From an uncultured Planctomycetales bacterium (lineage in GTDB: Bacteria > Omnitrophota > Gorgyraeia > Zapsychrales > JBDRMG01): a stretch of DNA of 64,000 nucleotides. Positions 37,841 through 47,301 of the stretch are shown one piece after another; position 1 is the first letter of the stretch, and the number at the start of each line of letters is the position of its first letter. A program made the position numbers and the translations under genes. Below the pieces are notes generated by a model. The model was given only the letters and a program-made list of their open reading frames with translations, was not told where the DNA came from and made no database searches. The stretch lies in the NCBI GenBank assembly GCA_964478715.1, contig CAYZIY010000001.1, positions 9,088-73,087 on the forward strand. Reading direction: 5' to 3'.

Positions 37841-39774
37841 TTACTGTTTCAAACCTCTCAAAAAATTTTGACCAAAGATTGCTTTTTAAAGATGTCTCTT
37901 TAGGTATTTTTCCCAATGAGAAAATAGGCCTCACCGGACCTAACGGAGCAGGAAAATCCACATTGTTTGCTCTGATCCTGGGCGAGCTTGAGCCTTCGGC
38001 GGGAACAGTGCAGATTCAAAAGAATATCCGCATGGCCCATCTTCCTCAAGAACATCAATTTCACTCTCAGAGAACAGTTTTGGAAGAGGTGACCGAAGGG
38101 GATCCTTTGATTCGAAAACTCAAGGAAGAAAAATTCCGCCTCGAAGAACAACATAAAGCCGATAGCCAGCGCTACGGAGATATTCTTCTCAAGCTGGAAA
38201 CCCTCGGTATTTATGAAATCGAACACAAGGCTGAAAAAATTTTGAGTGGTCTGGGATTTCAAAAAAAAGACATCGACAGGCCAGTTAATCAATTAAGCGG
38301 CGGCTGGCAAATACGCACGCTTTTAGCTAAGCTTCTTGTTCATCAGTATGATATTTTACTTTTGGATGAGCCGACCAATCATCTGGATTTGCCCGCAACG
38401 CTTTGGCTCAAAGATTTCTTAAGCGGTTATATGAGCGCTTATATTATTATTTCCCACGACAAAATATTTCTCAATGAAGTAACCAGCCATACGATTATTC
38501 TCGAAGATGGAAGGCTTACCAAAGTCAAAGGCAACTATGCCCAGTACGAAGCTACCAGAGAGCAGCATGTCAAATACTTAGAGAGAAAGAAAAAGGAAGT
38601 GGATAAAAAACGCCAACAGCTGGAGCGTTTCACCCAGAGATTCCACGCCCAGCCTAACCGGGCGGCGGCCGTGCGAAATAAACGCAAAATGATCGAGCGT
38701 TTAGAGCAGATCGATCTGCCCGAAGATAAAAAGAGCATTGAAGATTTTCAGTTTCCTCAAACCGAGCGAAGCGGATATAATGTCGTATCGCTTAACGGGG
38801 TGAGCAAAACTTACGGGGACATCAAAGTATACGAGAAGTTTAATTTTGAACTCTTGCGCCAACAGAGAGTCTGCTTGATTGGCGCCAATGGGGCTGGTAA
38901 ATCCACTTTGCTTAAAATGCTTGCGGGAGTGGTGGAACCCGATACCGGCAAAAGACGGGTCGGACACAAAGTAGAAGTGGGCTATTTCTCCCAGACCCGT
39001 TTAGATGTGCTTAATCCGAATCGGACCGTTTTGGATGAAGTGGCATCTACCGCTCAGGGTAGCATTCCCGGCGTGCAGGTGCGCACGCTTCTGGGACTTT
39101 TTCATTTCCGCGGCGATGATGTTTTTAAGTTGGTAAAGGTTTTATCCGGCGGTGAAAAAAGCCGGGTGATTCTGGCTAAGCTCTTGATCAATCCTCCGAA
39201 TTGCATTTTTCTGGATGAACCGACAACGCATTTGGACATCGACGGTGTAGAAGCCCTCACCAGAGCTTTTAGCAATTATCAAGGGACGCTTTGTTTTATC
39301 AGCCATGATCTCTTTTTTATCCGGGAGATTGCCACCCAGATTGTCGAGATCAAAAAGGGAGCCAAGAGGGTTTTTCCGGGCGGCCTCGATTATTATTTGT
39401 CCAAAAACCAGGAAACCATCGAGGCCGCCCGCAAGGAAAGCAAAAAACAAAAATCAGCCAAAAAAGAGACGAAAGAAAAAGAGAAGAAAAAAACCAGTGA
39501 GGTCGCTGAGCGATTGCAGGCCAAACACCAGGCCGCGGTCAAAAGGATTAAAGAAATCAAGAAAGAAATCAAGGTGCTGGAAAAAGAGAAAAGCGAGTTG
39601 GAAACAGAAAACTATGTAAAAGCCCGTGTTTTAAGCGAGCCGTTTAAAACTCGCGATAAAGAGCTTCTCAAAGAATATGGCCAGCGCTTAAAATTCATCC
39701 AGAAACGCTCGCGGGAAATCGACGTTTTGATCACGGAATTAGAAAAAGAGCGCGAGGGCATTCAAAATGCTTGA
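37837..39774 (+). CDS. ABC-F family ATPase (EttA/Uup-like, two ABC domains, C-terminal coiled-coil)
   Basis: Internal ATG at 37837 (MITVSNLSKNF) gives an ATGA overlap. Two Walker A motifs (GPNGAGKST, GANGAGKST), two LSGG signatures and a Lys/Glu-rich tail. Confidence 0.85.
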   Translation: MITVSNLSKNFDQRLLFKDVSLGIFPNEKIGLTGPNGAGKSTLFALILGELEPSAGTVQIQKNIRMAHLPQEHQFHSQRTVLEEVTEGDPLIRKLKEEKFRLEEQHKADSQRYGDILLKLETLGIYEIEHKAEKILSGLGFQKKDIDRPVNQLSGGWQIRTLLAKLLVHQYDILLLDEPTNHLDLPATLWLKDFLSGYMSAYIIISHDKIFLNEVTSHTIILEDGRLTKVKGNYAQYEATREQHVKYLERKKKEVDKKRQQLERFTQRFHAQPNRAAAVRNKRKMIERLEQIDLPEDKKSIEDFQFPQTERSGYNVVSLNGVSKTYGDIKVYEKFNFELLRQQRVCLIGANGAGKSTLLKMLAGVVEPDTGKRRVGHKVEVGYFSQTRLDVLNPNRTVLDEVASTAQGSIPGVQVRTLLGLFHFRGDDVFKLVKVLSGGEKSRVILAKLLINPPNCIFLDEPTTHLDIDGVEALTRAFSNYQGTLCFISHDLFFIREIATQIVEIKKGAKRVFPGGLDYYLSKNQETIEAARKESKKQKSAKKETKEKEKKKTSEVAERLQAKHQAAVKRIKEIKKEIKVLEKEKSELETENYVKARVLSEPFKTRDKELLKEYGQRLKFIQKRSREIDVLITELEKEREGIQNA

Positions 39775-39888
39775 TGAAACACCTAAACGTTATCTTTTTA
39801 TCGAAATAATATCTCAAAACGAAATCTTTATTAAAATTCATTGTTGTATTACAATAGAAAAGGCATTAACGAAAATATGAGGTAGTAA

Positions 39889-40290
39889 ATGAAAAGGAAT
39901 TTTGTTTTATTGATCGCCTTCATTTTTTTAAGCGGCTGCGCTAAACTCACCCATTTGCAGGAGCTTCTTACTCTCAAATCCTATTCGGATGATCAAGCCT
40001 TGCAGGATCGCTATATCGAAAGGCAGGACCGGCAGTTTGAAGAGTTGCTTCAAACCGTCCAAGGCAAGAAAGGCCTTAGCGAATATCCCACAAAGACAAG
40101 CTTCATGCGTCATTTCGGAGAACCTATTTATATCAAAGCAATGGAGAAAAACGGTCAGGTTTTGGAGCAGTGGCTTTATCGCTATCAAATGAAGTACTTT
40201 GAATCGGATAAAGTTTATGTTTATTTTGATTCGCAGGGCAATCTTGTGGACTGGATCTATGTCCCGGCTTTAGAAAAGGAGATAAGCTGA
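39889..40290 (+). CDS. lipoprotein (hypothetical)
   Basis: Lipobox LLIAFIFLSGC. RBS GAGGTAG. No recognisable domain. Confidence 0.55.
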   Translation: MKRNFVLLIAFIFLSGCAKLTHLQELLTLKSYSDDQALQDRYIERQDRQFEELLQTVQGKKGLSEYPTKTSFMRHFGEPIYIKAMEKNGQVLEQWLYRYQMKYFESDKVYVYFDSQGNLVDWIYVPALEKEIS

Positions 40291-40580
40291 TGGCTGATGT
40301 TCTTATTGAAAGGATCAATGAGCAGAAGAAAAAAGATTTAGACATTCCCGAGAGCCCAAAGGAGACCGATCAATGGTCGGTCTGGGAGTGCGAGCCGTCT
40401 GTCTTTGATTGGGAATACAACAGTCAAGAGCTGGCTTTTGTTTATCAGGGAGAGGCCAAAGTGACGGCTGGTTTAAAGGAATACGACATCAAAGCCGGAG
40501 ATTTTGTGACTTTTCCCAAGGGCTTGCGCTGTCAGTGGAATGTTCTTGAGAAAATTATCAAAGTCTATCAGATGCGCTGA
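40290..40580 (+). CDS. cupin-fold protein (DUF861/cupin_3-like)
   Basis: 96 aa. EYDIKAGDFVTFPKGLRCQWNV beta-barrel motif. Confidence 0.6.
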   Translation: MADVLIERINEQKKKDLDIPESPKETDQWSVWECEPSVFDWEYNSQELAFVYQGEAKVTAGLKEYDIKAGDFVTFPKGLRCQWNVLEKIIKVYQMR

Positions 40581-40584
40581 TTAG

Positions 40585-41424
40585 ATGGGGGTAGGTAAGT
40601 CATGTCCAAACGATCCAAGAAACAAAAATACCGACTGGACTCCAAAAAATTTGAAGCGGAGCCCGGAAAAAAGAAGAAAGAAAAAGACTGGGGCGGGTCG
40701 GATATTTTTAATGAAATCCGCAGAAGCAAACCGCACAGACGGTAATAAATTTTTGTTGACCAAGCGCCTTCTGAAAAAAATTTATACCGTTCTTTTCCGT
40801 CGTTTCGGCCCTCAAGGTTGGTGGCCGGCCGAAACCCGTTTTGAAGTTATGGTCGGAGCTATTCTCACTCAAAATACCAATTGGGGAAATGTGGAGAAAG
40901 CGATCCGTAATCTCAAAGCCCAAAAGATTCTCACTCCCGAAAGACTCCGTCGGCTCAAGCGATCCTCGCTGGCCCGGGCCATTAAACCCGCCGGTTATTA
41001 CCATATTAAAGCCAAAAGGCTTAAGAACTTCCTTGTATATTTTCAAAAACAATACGATTCGAGCGTAAATAAAATGAAGCGCGCGTCCCTTTCAGGTGTC
41101 CGGCAAGGGTTGCTTTCGGTTAATGGAATCGGAGAGGAGACTGCCGATTCCATCATCCTGTATGCTCTGGGCAAACCGATCTTTGTGGTGGATGCCTATA
41201 CCCAAAGAATTCTTTCGCGTCACGGACTCATCAAACCACATGCCGATTATGAGTCCACTCAGAAATTATTTATGGATTCTCTGAAAGAAGACACGCGGAT
41301 GTTTAACGAGTATCACGCGCTTTTGGTCTTCATCGGGAAGGAATTCTGCCGCGCAAAACCTTGTTGCGAAAAATGTCCTTTAAATCAAGCGGTATTGTTT
41401 ACAACATCGGACAAGAGCTTGTAG
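40585..41424 (+). CDS. HhH-GPD superfamily (endonuclease-III-related, COG2231-like) base-excision protein; start uncertain (40585 or about 40711)
   Basis: WWPAETRFEVMVGAILTQNTNWGNVEKAIRNL helix-hairpin-helix region, GIGEETADSIILYAL and a C-terminal Cys cluster CRAKPCCEKCP. The first 40 codons overlap an alternative-frame basic mini-ORF at 40601-40744. Confidence 0.6.
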   Translation: MGVGKSCPNDPRNKNTDWTPKNLKRSPEKRRKKKTGAGRIFLMKSAEANRTDGNKFLLTKRLLKKIYTVLFRRFGPQGWWPAETRFEVMVGAILTQNTNWGNVEKAIRNLKAQKILTPERLRRLKRSSLARAIKPAGYYHIKAKRLKNFLVYFQKQYDSSVNKMKRASLSGVRQGLLSVNGIGEETADSIILYALGKPIFVVDAYTQRILSRHGLIKPHADYESTQKLFMDSLKEDTRMFNEYHALLVFIGKEFCRAKPCCEKCPLNQAVLFTTSDKSL

Positions 41425-42509
41425 TCCGGCTCAATCTCACCTAAAAATCGCAGGTTCAGAACTCTAAAGAAGACCGGCAAGGGCACAAACATCATCTGGA
41501 TAAAAAATCCCAGAATCATGAAAGCAATAATCCCGATGGCGCCCATGCTAACGGCAAAGACCGTTTGTATTCCCCCGGGAAGAGCTTGGGCGATCAGAGT
41601 GAACATCACCATCAGAATGAGTCCGATCAAACCCACCGTCAGCCAGATAATGAGCGTGATGATCCCGGCCGCAATTCCCAGGGCAATCCCCAGACCCATT
41701 AACAAAAGCAGATAGACGACGACTTCTTGAAGGTTTTGTCCTATGCAGCTGATTGCTCTTTTACAGGCGGGGATGATACTGATTCTTTGCTTCATCATAA
41801 TCGGTAGGGCGAAATCCCGGACGGACCAATTGATCAGGCCGGCCACGATCATGAGTCCTATCAGAGCCGCAACATAGATGAGGATCTCAGGGAACGCATT
41901 GGGAAAGTTGGGGGTGTTTCCGATCACATCCTTTGCTTTAAGAACCCGGTAGCCGCCTATCCCGATGAGTGTCAGAGTGGCTAAAATGATCAAGCTGAAA
42001 ATGAAATTAAAAATGAAATAAGAATTACCCAGAGGCATATGAGTCCGAAATGGTATTTTTAGCTCGGCTTTATTCTCAATGAGGTCATCGAGAAAAACAA
42101 AATAAAAAACCGAACCGATCCATCCGAAAAGAAGAAACAAGGATACAAAACCCAGGCCGATTACGACAATAATAGCAATTGTGCTTTTGGGAATATTTTC
42201 TCTTTGAAAGAAGTTATCGATGCGGGAAGAGACGGTTTGAAAATCATGTGAGGATTGACCGAAGGTACTCACAAAATGAACCACATGATTATTGCTCTGA
42301 CGAAGACTTTGCTGCTGGGCCGGCGGTTGGCTAAGATCACCTAGATTACCGGTGGGGAAACTCCCGCCTCCACCGCCAACGGAAAGCTGGCCCGAAAGCC
42401 AGGCCACAAAACCAAGGATAATCCATTTCCTGAAATTAAAGGGTTTTATAAGAATATCTTTAGTTCGCTCAAAAGACAGTGAGATCAGATTCCCGAATTC
42501 GACTTTCAT
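41385..42509 (-). CDS. polytopic membrane protein (hypothetical; Gly-rich linker, about 8 TM)
   Basis: 374 aa with a GGGGGS linker followed by hydrophobic helices. No recognisable family. 3' ends converge with the HhH-GPD gene, overlapping by 40 nt. Confidence 0.5.
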   Translation of the reverse strand: MKVEFGNLISLSFERTKDILIKPFNFRKWIILGFVAWLSGQLSVGGGGGSFPTGNLGDLSQPPAQQQSLRQSNNHVVHFVSTFGQSSHDFQTVSSRIDNFFQRENIPKSTIAIIVVIGLGFVSLFLLFGWIGSVFYFVFLDDLIENKAELKIPFRTHMPLGNSYFIFNFIFSLIILATLTLIGIGGYRVLKAKDVIGNTPNFPNAFPEILIYVAALIGLMIVAGLINWSVRDFALPIMMKQRISIIPACKRAISCIGQNLQEVVVYLLLLMGLGIALGIAAGIITLIIWLTVGLIGLILMVMFTLIAQALPGGIQTVFAVSMGAIGIIAFMILGFFIQMMFVPLPVFFRVLNLRFLGEIEPDYKLLSDVVNNTA

Positions 42510-42631
42510 TAAGATTATCTTAGCATTTTACCTGCAAACTGCAATAAAATGTTGCCCTCTTTTGACCTATTGTTTCGAGTCTCATTATTTGCTATAATCC
42601 TTCTGAATTGAAGGAGATCAAGGAGTAAGAC

Positions 42632-43009
42632 TTGAAAAAGATCAAAATTTTAATCGGAGACATTCAGCTTCAGGCAAAGCTGAACGGTTCGGAGACAGCC
42701 GGAAAGATTTGGGATGCTCTTCCGATCAAATCATTTGCCAGTCTTTGGGGTGAAGAAGTTTATTTTCAGATTCCTGTTAAGACAGAAATCGAAGAGGGTT
42801 TTTCTCAGGATGTGGCCGATGTGGGAGATGTCGCCTACTGGCCTGAAGGAAGCTGTTTCTGCCTTTTCTTTGGCATGACGCCGGTCAGCAAGCATGGTGA
42901 AATCCGGCCGGCTAGCACGGTAAATATTATCGGTAAGATCGAAGGAGATTGGGAAATTCTTAAAACCGTCAAAGAGGACGAAACGGTTTTGTTGGAAGAA
43001 CTGGAATAA
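42632..43009 (+). CDS. cyclophilin-like fold protein (PF04126-like)
   Basis: 125 aa. IGDIQLQAKLNGSETAGKIWDALP...GDVAYWPEGSCFCLFFG pattern typical of the small cyclophilin-like family. Confidence 0.55.
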   Translation: MKKIKILIGDIQLQAKLNGSETAGKIWDALPIKSFASLWGEEVYFQIPVKTEIEEGFSQDVADVGDVAYWPEGSCFCLFFGMTPVSKHGEIRPASTVNIIGKIEGDWEILKTVKEDETVLLEELE

Positions 43010-43033
43010 ATTTTTTAGATCAAAAAGGGCTGC

Positions 43034-44047
43034 TTGATGAGTATCGCATCCATTATTATTCTCTGTTTTTCTTTTTTGATGATTGCCTTTGGGGCTGTTG
43101 CGCTGGTCTTTTTTATCCAGAAAAGCCAGAGACAATTCTCCGATCAGATGACGGCATCTCTTGACAGGCAACTGGATATTATGCGTCAAGATCTGAATGT
43201 CCGGCTTCAGGAGACATCCAAGGCGGTCAGCGACACACATAGGGCTGTCGGTGAAAGACTGGATAGCGCGACCAAGGTCTTTGGCAGTGTGGCCACCAGC
43301 CTCGGGCAGTTGCAAGAAGCTAATAGAAGACTTTTGGAGGTCGGTCAGGATATTTCCAGCCTGCAGGAGCTTTTGCGAGCGCCGAAGTTTCGCGGAGAAC
43401 TTGGCGAGACTATGCTTGAGAATATTCTGGCTCAAGTGTTGCCGGCGGATCATTACAGTCTGCAGTATCATTTCAAATCGGGGGAGGCCGTAGATGCGGT
43501 GATCAAGCTGGCCGATCATCTGGTACCGGTAGATTCCAAATTTTCCTACGAAAACTTCCGCAAGATGATAGAAGCCGAGAATGAAGATGAAAGAAATTCT
43601 CATCAGAAAAGGTTCATGAAAGATATCAAAAACAGAATTGATGAAATTTCCAGGAAATATATTCTTCCCGGTGAAGGCACTTTTGATTTTGCACTGATGT
43701 ATATTATGGCCGAAAATGTTTATTACGAAACAACGGTCAAAGGCGATTTGCTCAACTATGCTCTGAGAAAAAAAGTGATTCCGGTTTCTCCGAATACCTT
43801 TTATGCCTATCTGCAGGTGATTTGCCTGGGTCTGCGGGGCATGAAAGTGGAAAGCAATGTCAAAAAAATTATTGCCAGCTTGAGCCAGCTGCATGTGGAC
43901 CTTAAGAAGTTTGATGAATCCTTTCGGGTTGTGGGAAGCCATATCCGTAATGCCTTTACCAAATATACAGAAGCCGAAAAAAAACTGGAACGATTTTCCG
44001 ATAAACTTAGTAACGTGGAGCAGAGCCAGAAAATTGATATGCTCTAA
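43034..44047 (+). CDS. rmuC: DNA recombination protein RmuC
   Basis: N-terminal TM helix and coiled-coil, then the RmuC core (LRAPKFRGELGETMLENIL..., YILPGEGTFDFALMYI). Confidence 0.85.
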   Translation: MMSIASIIILCFSFLMIAFGAVALVFFIQKSQRQFSDQMTASLDRQLDIMRQDLNVRLQETSKAVSDTHRAVGERLDSATKVFGSVATSLGQLQEANRRLLEVGQDISSLQELLRAPKFRGELGETMLENILAQVLPADHYSLQYHFKSGEAVDAVIKLADHLVPVDSKFSYENFRKMIEAENEDERNSHQKRFMKDIKNRIDEISRKYILPGEGTFDFALMYIMAENVYYETTVKGDLLNYALRKKVIPVSPNTFYAYLQVICLGLRGMKVESNVKKIIASLSQLHVDLKKFDESFRVVGSHIRNAFTKYTEAEKKLERFSDKLSNVEQSQKIDML

Positions 44048-44066
44048 TTATTTTTCTGAGCATGTT

Positions 44067-44759
44067 TTGGGCCCTTCGGTTGTTACCTGCGTTAGTGACC
44101 GACGATTAGATTTTTCCCTTAATAAAAGCACTCCTTTTTTAACCCGCCCGCAAAGAGAATATCTTAACAAGGCTTGCGGATTTTCTCTGCCTGCTGTTGT
44201 CAACATACGTCAAATTCACGGGGTTCGCGTGCTTTGTATCGGATGCAGATTCTTGAAAGGCCAGAGAAGTAAAAAGGATTATCAAAAAGCCGATGCGTTG
44301 ATCACCAATCGACCCGCAATCCCTCTGGCTGTGCGCACGGCGGATTGTCTAAGCATTTTTTTTTATGATCCCGAAAATCGGGCGATTGGTCTATGTCATG
44401 CAGGCTGGCGTTCCACACACAAGCAGATTGCGGTCAAAACAGTGCGAGCCATGAAAAAAAGATACGGTACGCAACCAAAAAATCTTAAAATTGGTTTTGG
44501 TCCCTGTATTCGGCCCTGCTGCTATGAAGTGGGTGAGAATATGAAAAAAATGTTTTCGCGGGATGTTCAAAAGCGCAGGAGCAAATTCTTTTTAAACCTG
44601 CCCCGAGTTAATCGGCGGCAATTATTATCTTGCGGAGTCAGGCCGGGAAATATTCTTGACCACAAAGAATGTACCTGCTGTAACAAGAAATATTATTCTT
44701 TCCGCCGACAAGGAAAAAAAGCCGGACGCATGTTTTCATTAATGATGATCCGCCCCTAA
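44067..44759 (+). CDS. pgeF: purine nucleoside phosphorylase / peptidoglycan editing factor YfiH/PgeF (Cu-oxidase_4 family); start approximate
   Basis: ADCLSIFFYDPENRAIGLCHAGWRS and GPCIRPCCYEVG motifs. The ORF-track start at 43893 overlaps rmuC, so a downstream non-ATG start just after the rmuC stop is likelier. Confidence 0.75.
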   Translation: MGPSVVTCVSDRRLDFSLNKSTPFLTRPQREYLNKACGFSLPAVVNIRQIHGVRVLCIGCRFLKGQRSKKDYQKADALITNRPAIPLAVRTADCLSIFFYDPENRAIGLCHAGWRSTHKQIAVKTVRAMKKRYGTQPKNLKIGFGPCIRPCCYEVGENMKKMFSRDVQKRRSKFFLNLPRVNRRQLLSCGVRPGNILDHKECTCCNKKYYSFRRQGKKAGRMFSLMMIRP

Positions 44760-44853
44760 AGAGTCGGATGGATGGGGTCGATTGATTTTTCTTTTGGGAA
44801 ACAGCCTTCTCAGGTTATAATAATTCCTTATTAAAGGGAAGGAAGAAATCGAA

Positions 44854-45177
44854 ATGGCGATCATTGTTTTGATAACCTCAAAAAATAAAAGTGAAGCCAA
44901 AAAGATTGCCCGCTTTCTGCTTGAGAAGAGATTGGCCGCTTGCGTTAATATTGTACCTCGGGTCACATCATTGTTCTGGTGGGAAGGGAAAATTGATCAG
45001 ACCGCCGAGACTCTTTTGATCGTTAAAACCAAAAAGAAAGTGTTTTGCGAACTTAGCGCAGCGGTAAAGTCGGCGCACAGCTATAGCGTTCCGGAGATTA
45101 TCGCGGTTTCCATTAAAGACGGTTTGCCGGATTATTTGAAATGGATCGATGATTCTCTGAAAGTTAAGAAAAAGTAA
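44854..45177 (+). CDS. cutA: divalent-cation tolerance protein CutA
   Basis: 107 aa. CVNIVP...SLFWWEGKI...YSVPEIIA CutA1 signature. Confidence 0.85.
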   Translation: MAIIVLITSKNKSEAKKIARFLLEKRLAACVNIVPRVTSLFWWEGKIDQTAETLLIVKTKKKVFCELSAAVKSAHSYSVPEIIAVSIKDGLPDYLKWIDDSLKVKKK

Positions 45178-45178
45178 G

Positions 45179-45691
45179 ATGATAAAAAGACCTTTGGCTC
45201 TTATCTTTTGTCTGTGGATCGCAGGCGCACTGCTGATGGAGATTCGCTCCGCAGATGCGCAGTGGTATCTTCTCTTTCAAAATCCGATGGAAGACAAGCC
45301 GGCTCCCGATTTTACGCTATCAACGACTGGCGGAAAGACTTTCAACTTTACGTCTTATCGAAAAGGGGATCGTGCGCTTTTGTTTTTCTGGGCGACCTGG
45401 TGTCCGCATTGCCGTCAAGCGCTTAATGATCTGCAGAAGCGTTATTCTACCCTGCAGGCGCAGGGAATCCGCGTTATCGCCATTGATATTGGAGAAAAAA
45501 GAGAAACCGTTGAACGGTTTCTTAAGCGCCACGATATTTCTTTTGAAGTCTGGCTTGATGAGCAAACAAAAGTGGCCGGAGATTATCAAGTTAGCGGTGT
45601 GCCCAGCTATGTTTTTGTTGACCGCCGGGGAATCGTCAAGGCGGTTGAAAACTTTCTGCCCGCCCGCCTGGATCATATCTTTAAAGAGTAA
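45179..45691 (+). CDS. TlpA/ResA-like periplasmic thiol-disulfide oxidoreductase
   Basis: Signal peptide, then LLFFWATWCPHCRQ (WCxxC thioredoxin motif). Confidence 0.85.
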   Translation: MIKRPLALIFCLWIAGALLMEIRSADAQWYLLFQNPMEDKPAPDFTLSTTGGKTFNFTSYRKGDRALLFFWATWCPHCRQALNDLQKRYSTLQAQGIRVIAIDIGEKRETVERFLKRHDISFEVWLDEQTKVAGDYQVSGVPSYVFVDRRGIVKAVENFLPARLDHIFKE

Positions 45692-45694
45692 GAT

Positions 45695-47188
45695 TTATTC
45701 CTGAGGGGATTGCTGCTGTTTTCTCAACTCGGAAATATTATCTTCTAGATTGGCTTTCAGCCTTAAGTTTGTAATAAAGCGTTGGAACGCCTCTCCTTTT
45801 TTCTTAGCCAAAAGCTCTTGTCGGAGAGTTTCCTTTTCTTTTTCAAATTTCTCCTTATCGATCGGGAAAAACTGATCGAGTGCGATCAGGCAATAACCGC
45901 CGCGGGTGGCCACTGCCTCACTGATTGGATCATCTTCTGTTAAAGAAAAGGCGGTCTCGAAGAATTCCTGAGAAGGTCCGATTTTAGGGACATATTCGCC
46001 GCGGGTTAATGGCGGGGTGGTTTCCACTTCCAGATTCAAAGACTGGGCGATGGGGGGGAAGTTTTTATCCGGTTGCGCTTTTCTGGTTTTCTGAATCAGA
46101 GCGAAGGCTTGCTTGGCTTTGGATTGAGCCAGCTGATCAGCCTTTTGATGGAGAACATCTTTTTCGACTTCTTCGCGAACCTCATCCCATTTCGGCAAAC
46201 GGGATTCTTCGCGTTCTTTCATTTTCAGAATATAATATCCATTGCGCGTCTCAAGCGGTTCGCTGATCTGGCCGACATCCAATTCAAAAGATTTGATCAG
46301 TAACTGGGCCGACCATCCCACTTTGAGATTCGGCTGGCGGCGGCTGTAGGGGCCGGTTTCTTCAAGGATCAAATTATACTGCTTAGCCGCTTCCTCAAGA
46401 GTGACGCCTTCTTTTAACTTTCCAGAGATCTCTTGCATTGATTCGGCGGTCTCTTGTTTTTGTTCGTCCGTCGCTTCAGAGGGAAATTTCTTATAGAGAT
46501 AACGCACATTGTATGTTTTTGGCAGACGAAAATTTTCTTTATTATTTTCAAAATGTGCGCGGATTTCTTCCGGGGTTGTTTGGACTTGATCTAGGTAATC
46601 CTGCGGTTTAAAAATCACATAATGCACCTGAATTTTTTCATTCTGTTTTTGGTATTGTTCCAGGAGTTCTTCGTTGGAAATGGTGATGTTTTGGGTTTCA
46701 TGCTCAAAAAGGCGGGCGAAGATTAATGTTTCACGGACACTTTCTTCGAAATCCCGGGGACGGGTTTGAAAGACATAACGTAATATTTTCTCATACATTT
46801 GTTGGTCAAAACGTCCCTGAACGTTAAAGGTCGGCATCTCACGGATGGTTTGAATGACTTCGCTGTCGTCAATTTTGATTCGCCTTTTTCTGGCTTCGCG
46901 CAGAAGGATTAAACGGTCCCAGGCCTCCTGATCGAGATTCAGATAATCTTTCATTCTGTGAAAATCTTCCCCGTAACGCATGAGGGCTTGAAAATAGGCA
47001 TACCGCAGGGATTTTTCAAATTCGTCAAAATCAACCGTGCGTCCGAAAATTTTTCCAGCATGGGAGATCTTTCTGCCGCGATTCAGATAGTTGGCCCGTC
47101 CCAAGAATCCGAAAGAAATAATAATAACAACGGCCAACACCCAGAGAATTTTCTTCATGACACCTTTTTTACGGATAATTTTTAGCAT
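45695..47188 (-). CDS. periplasmic chaperone / peptidyl-prolyl isomerase, PpiD/SurA family
   Basis: N-terminal TM anchor, SurA-N-like chaperone domain, and a parvulin-type rotamase region (VGQISEPLETRNGYYILKMKE). Confidence 0.75.
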   Translation of the reverse strand: MLKIIRKKGVMKKILWVLAVVIIISFGFLGRANYLNRGRKISHAGKIFGRTVDFDEFEKSLRYAYFQALMRYGEDFHRMKDYLNLDQEAWDRLILLREARKRRIKIDDSEVIQTIREMPTFNVQGRFDQQMYEKILRYVFQTRPRDFEESVRETLIFARLFEHETQNITISNEELLEQYQKQNEKIQVHYVIFKPQDYLDQVQTTPEEIRAHFENNKENFRLPKTYNVRYLYKKFPSEATDEQKQETAESMQEISGKLKEGVTLEEAAKQYNLILEETGPYSRRQPNLKVGWSAQLLIKSFELDVGQISEPLETRNGYYILKMKEREESRLPKWDEVREEVEKDVLHQKADQLAQSKAKQAFALIQKTRKAQPDKNFPPIAQSLNLEVETTPPLTRGEYVPKIGPSQEFFETAFSLTEDDPISEAVATRGGYCLIALDQFFPIDKEKFEKEKETLRQELLAKKKGEAFQRFITNLRLKANLEDNISELRKQQQSPQE

Positions 47189-47244
47189 AAGGACTCCTTA
47201 TCTTTGTCATTAACAGAATCCAATTATACCTTCCTATTTACGCT

Positions 47245-47273
47245 TTGACAAGCTCTTTGTCGCATGCTAGACT
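47245..47273 (+). promoter_or_regulatory. sigma70-like promoter TTGACA-N17-TAGACT
   Basis: -35 at 47245-47250 (the ORF track used its TTG as a start codon), -10 at 47268-47273. About 28 nt before ATG 47302. Confidence 0.45.
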
Positions 47274-47301
47274 ACAGGCGAATAATTTGTCGTCGAGAAT
47301 A

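Noticed and set aside
42731-43942. 403-aa ORF on the minus strand, the longest reverse-strand ORF in this region
   Set aside because: It is entirely antisense to the well-supported cyclophilin-like and rmuC genes. Its translation is low-complexity (F/Q/H/N-rich) with no motifs and there is no RBS. It is a chance open frame opposite an AT-skewed coding region.
44760-44853. Candidate promoter upstream of cutA (TTGGGA-N16-TATAAT around 44793-44821)
   Set aside because: The -35 element is poor and I cannot pick a unique spacing, so it is not reported as a feature.
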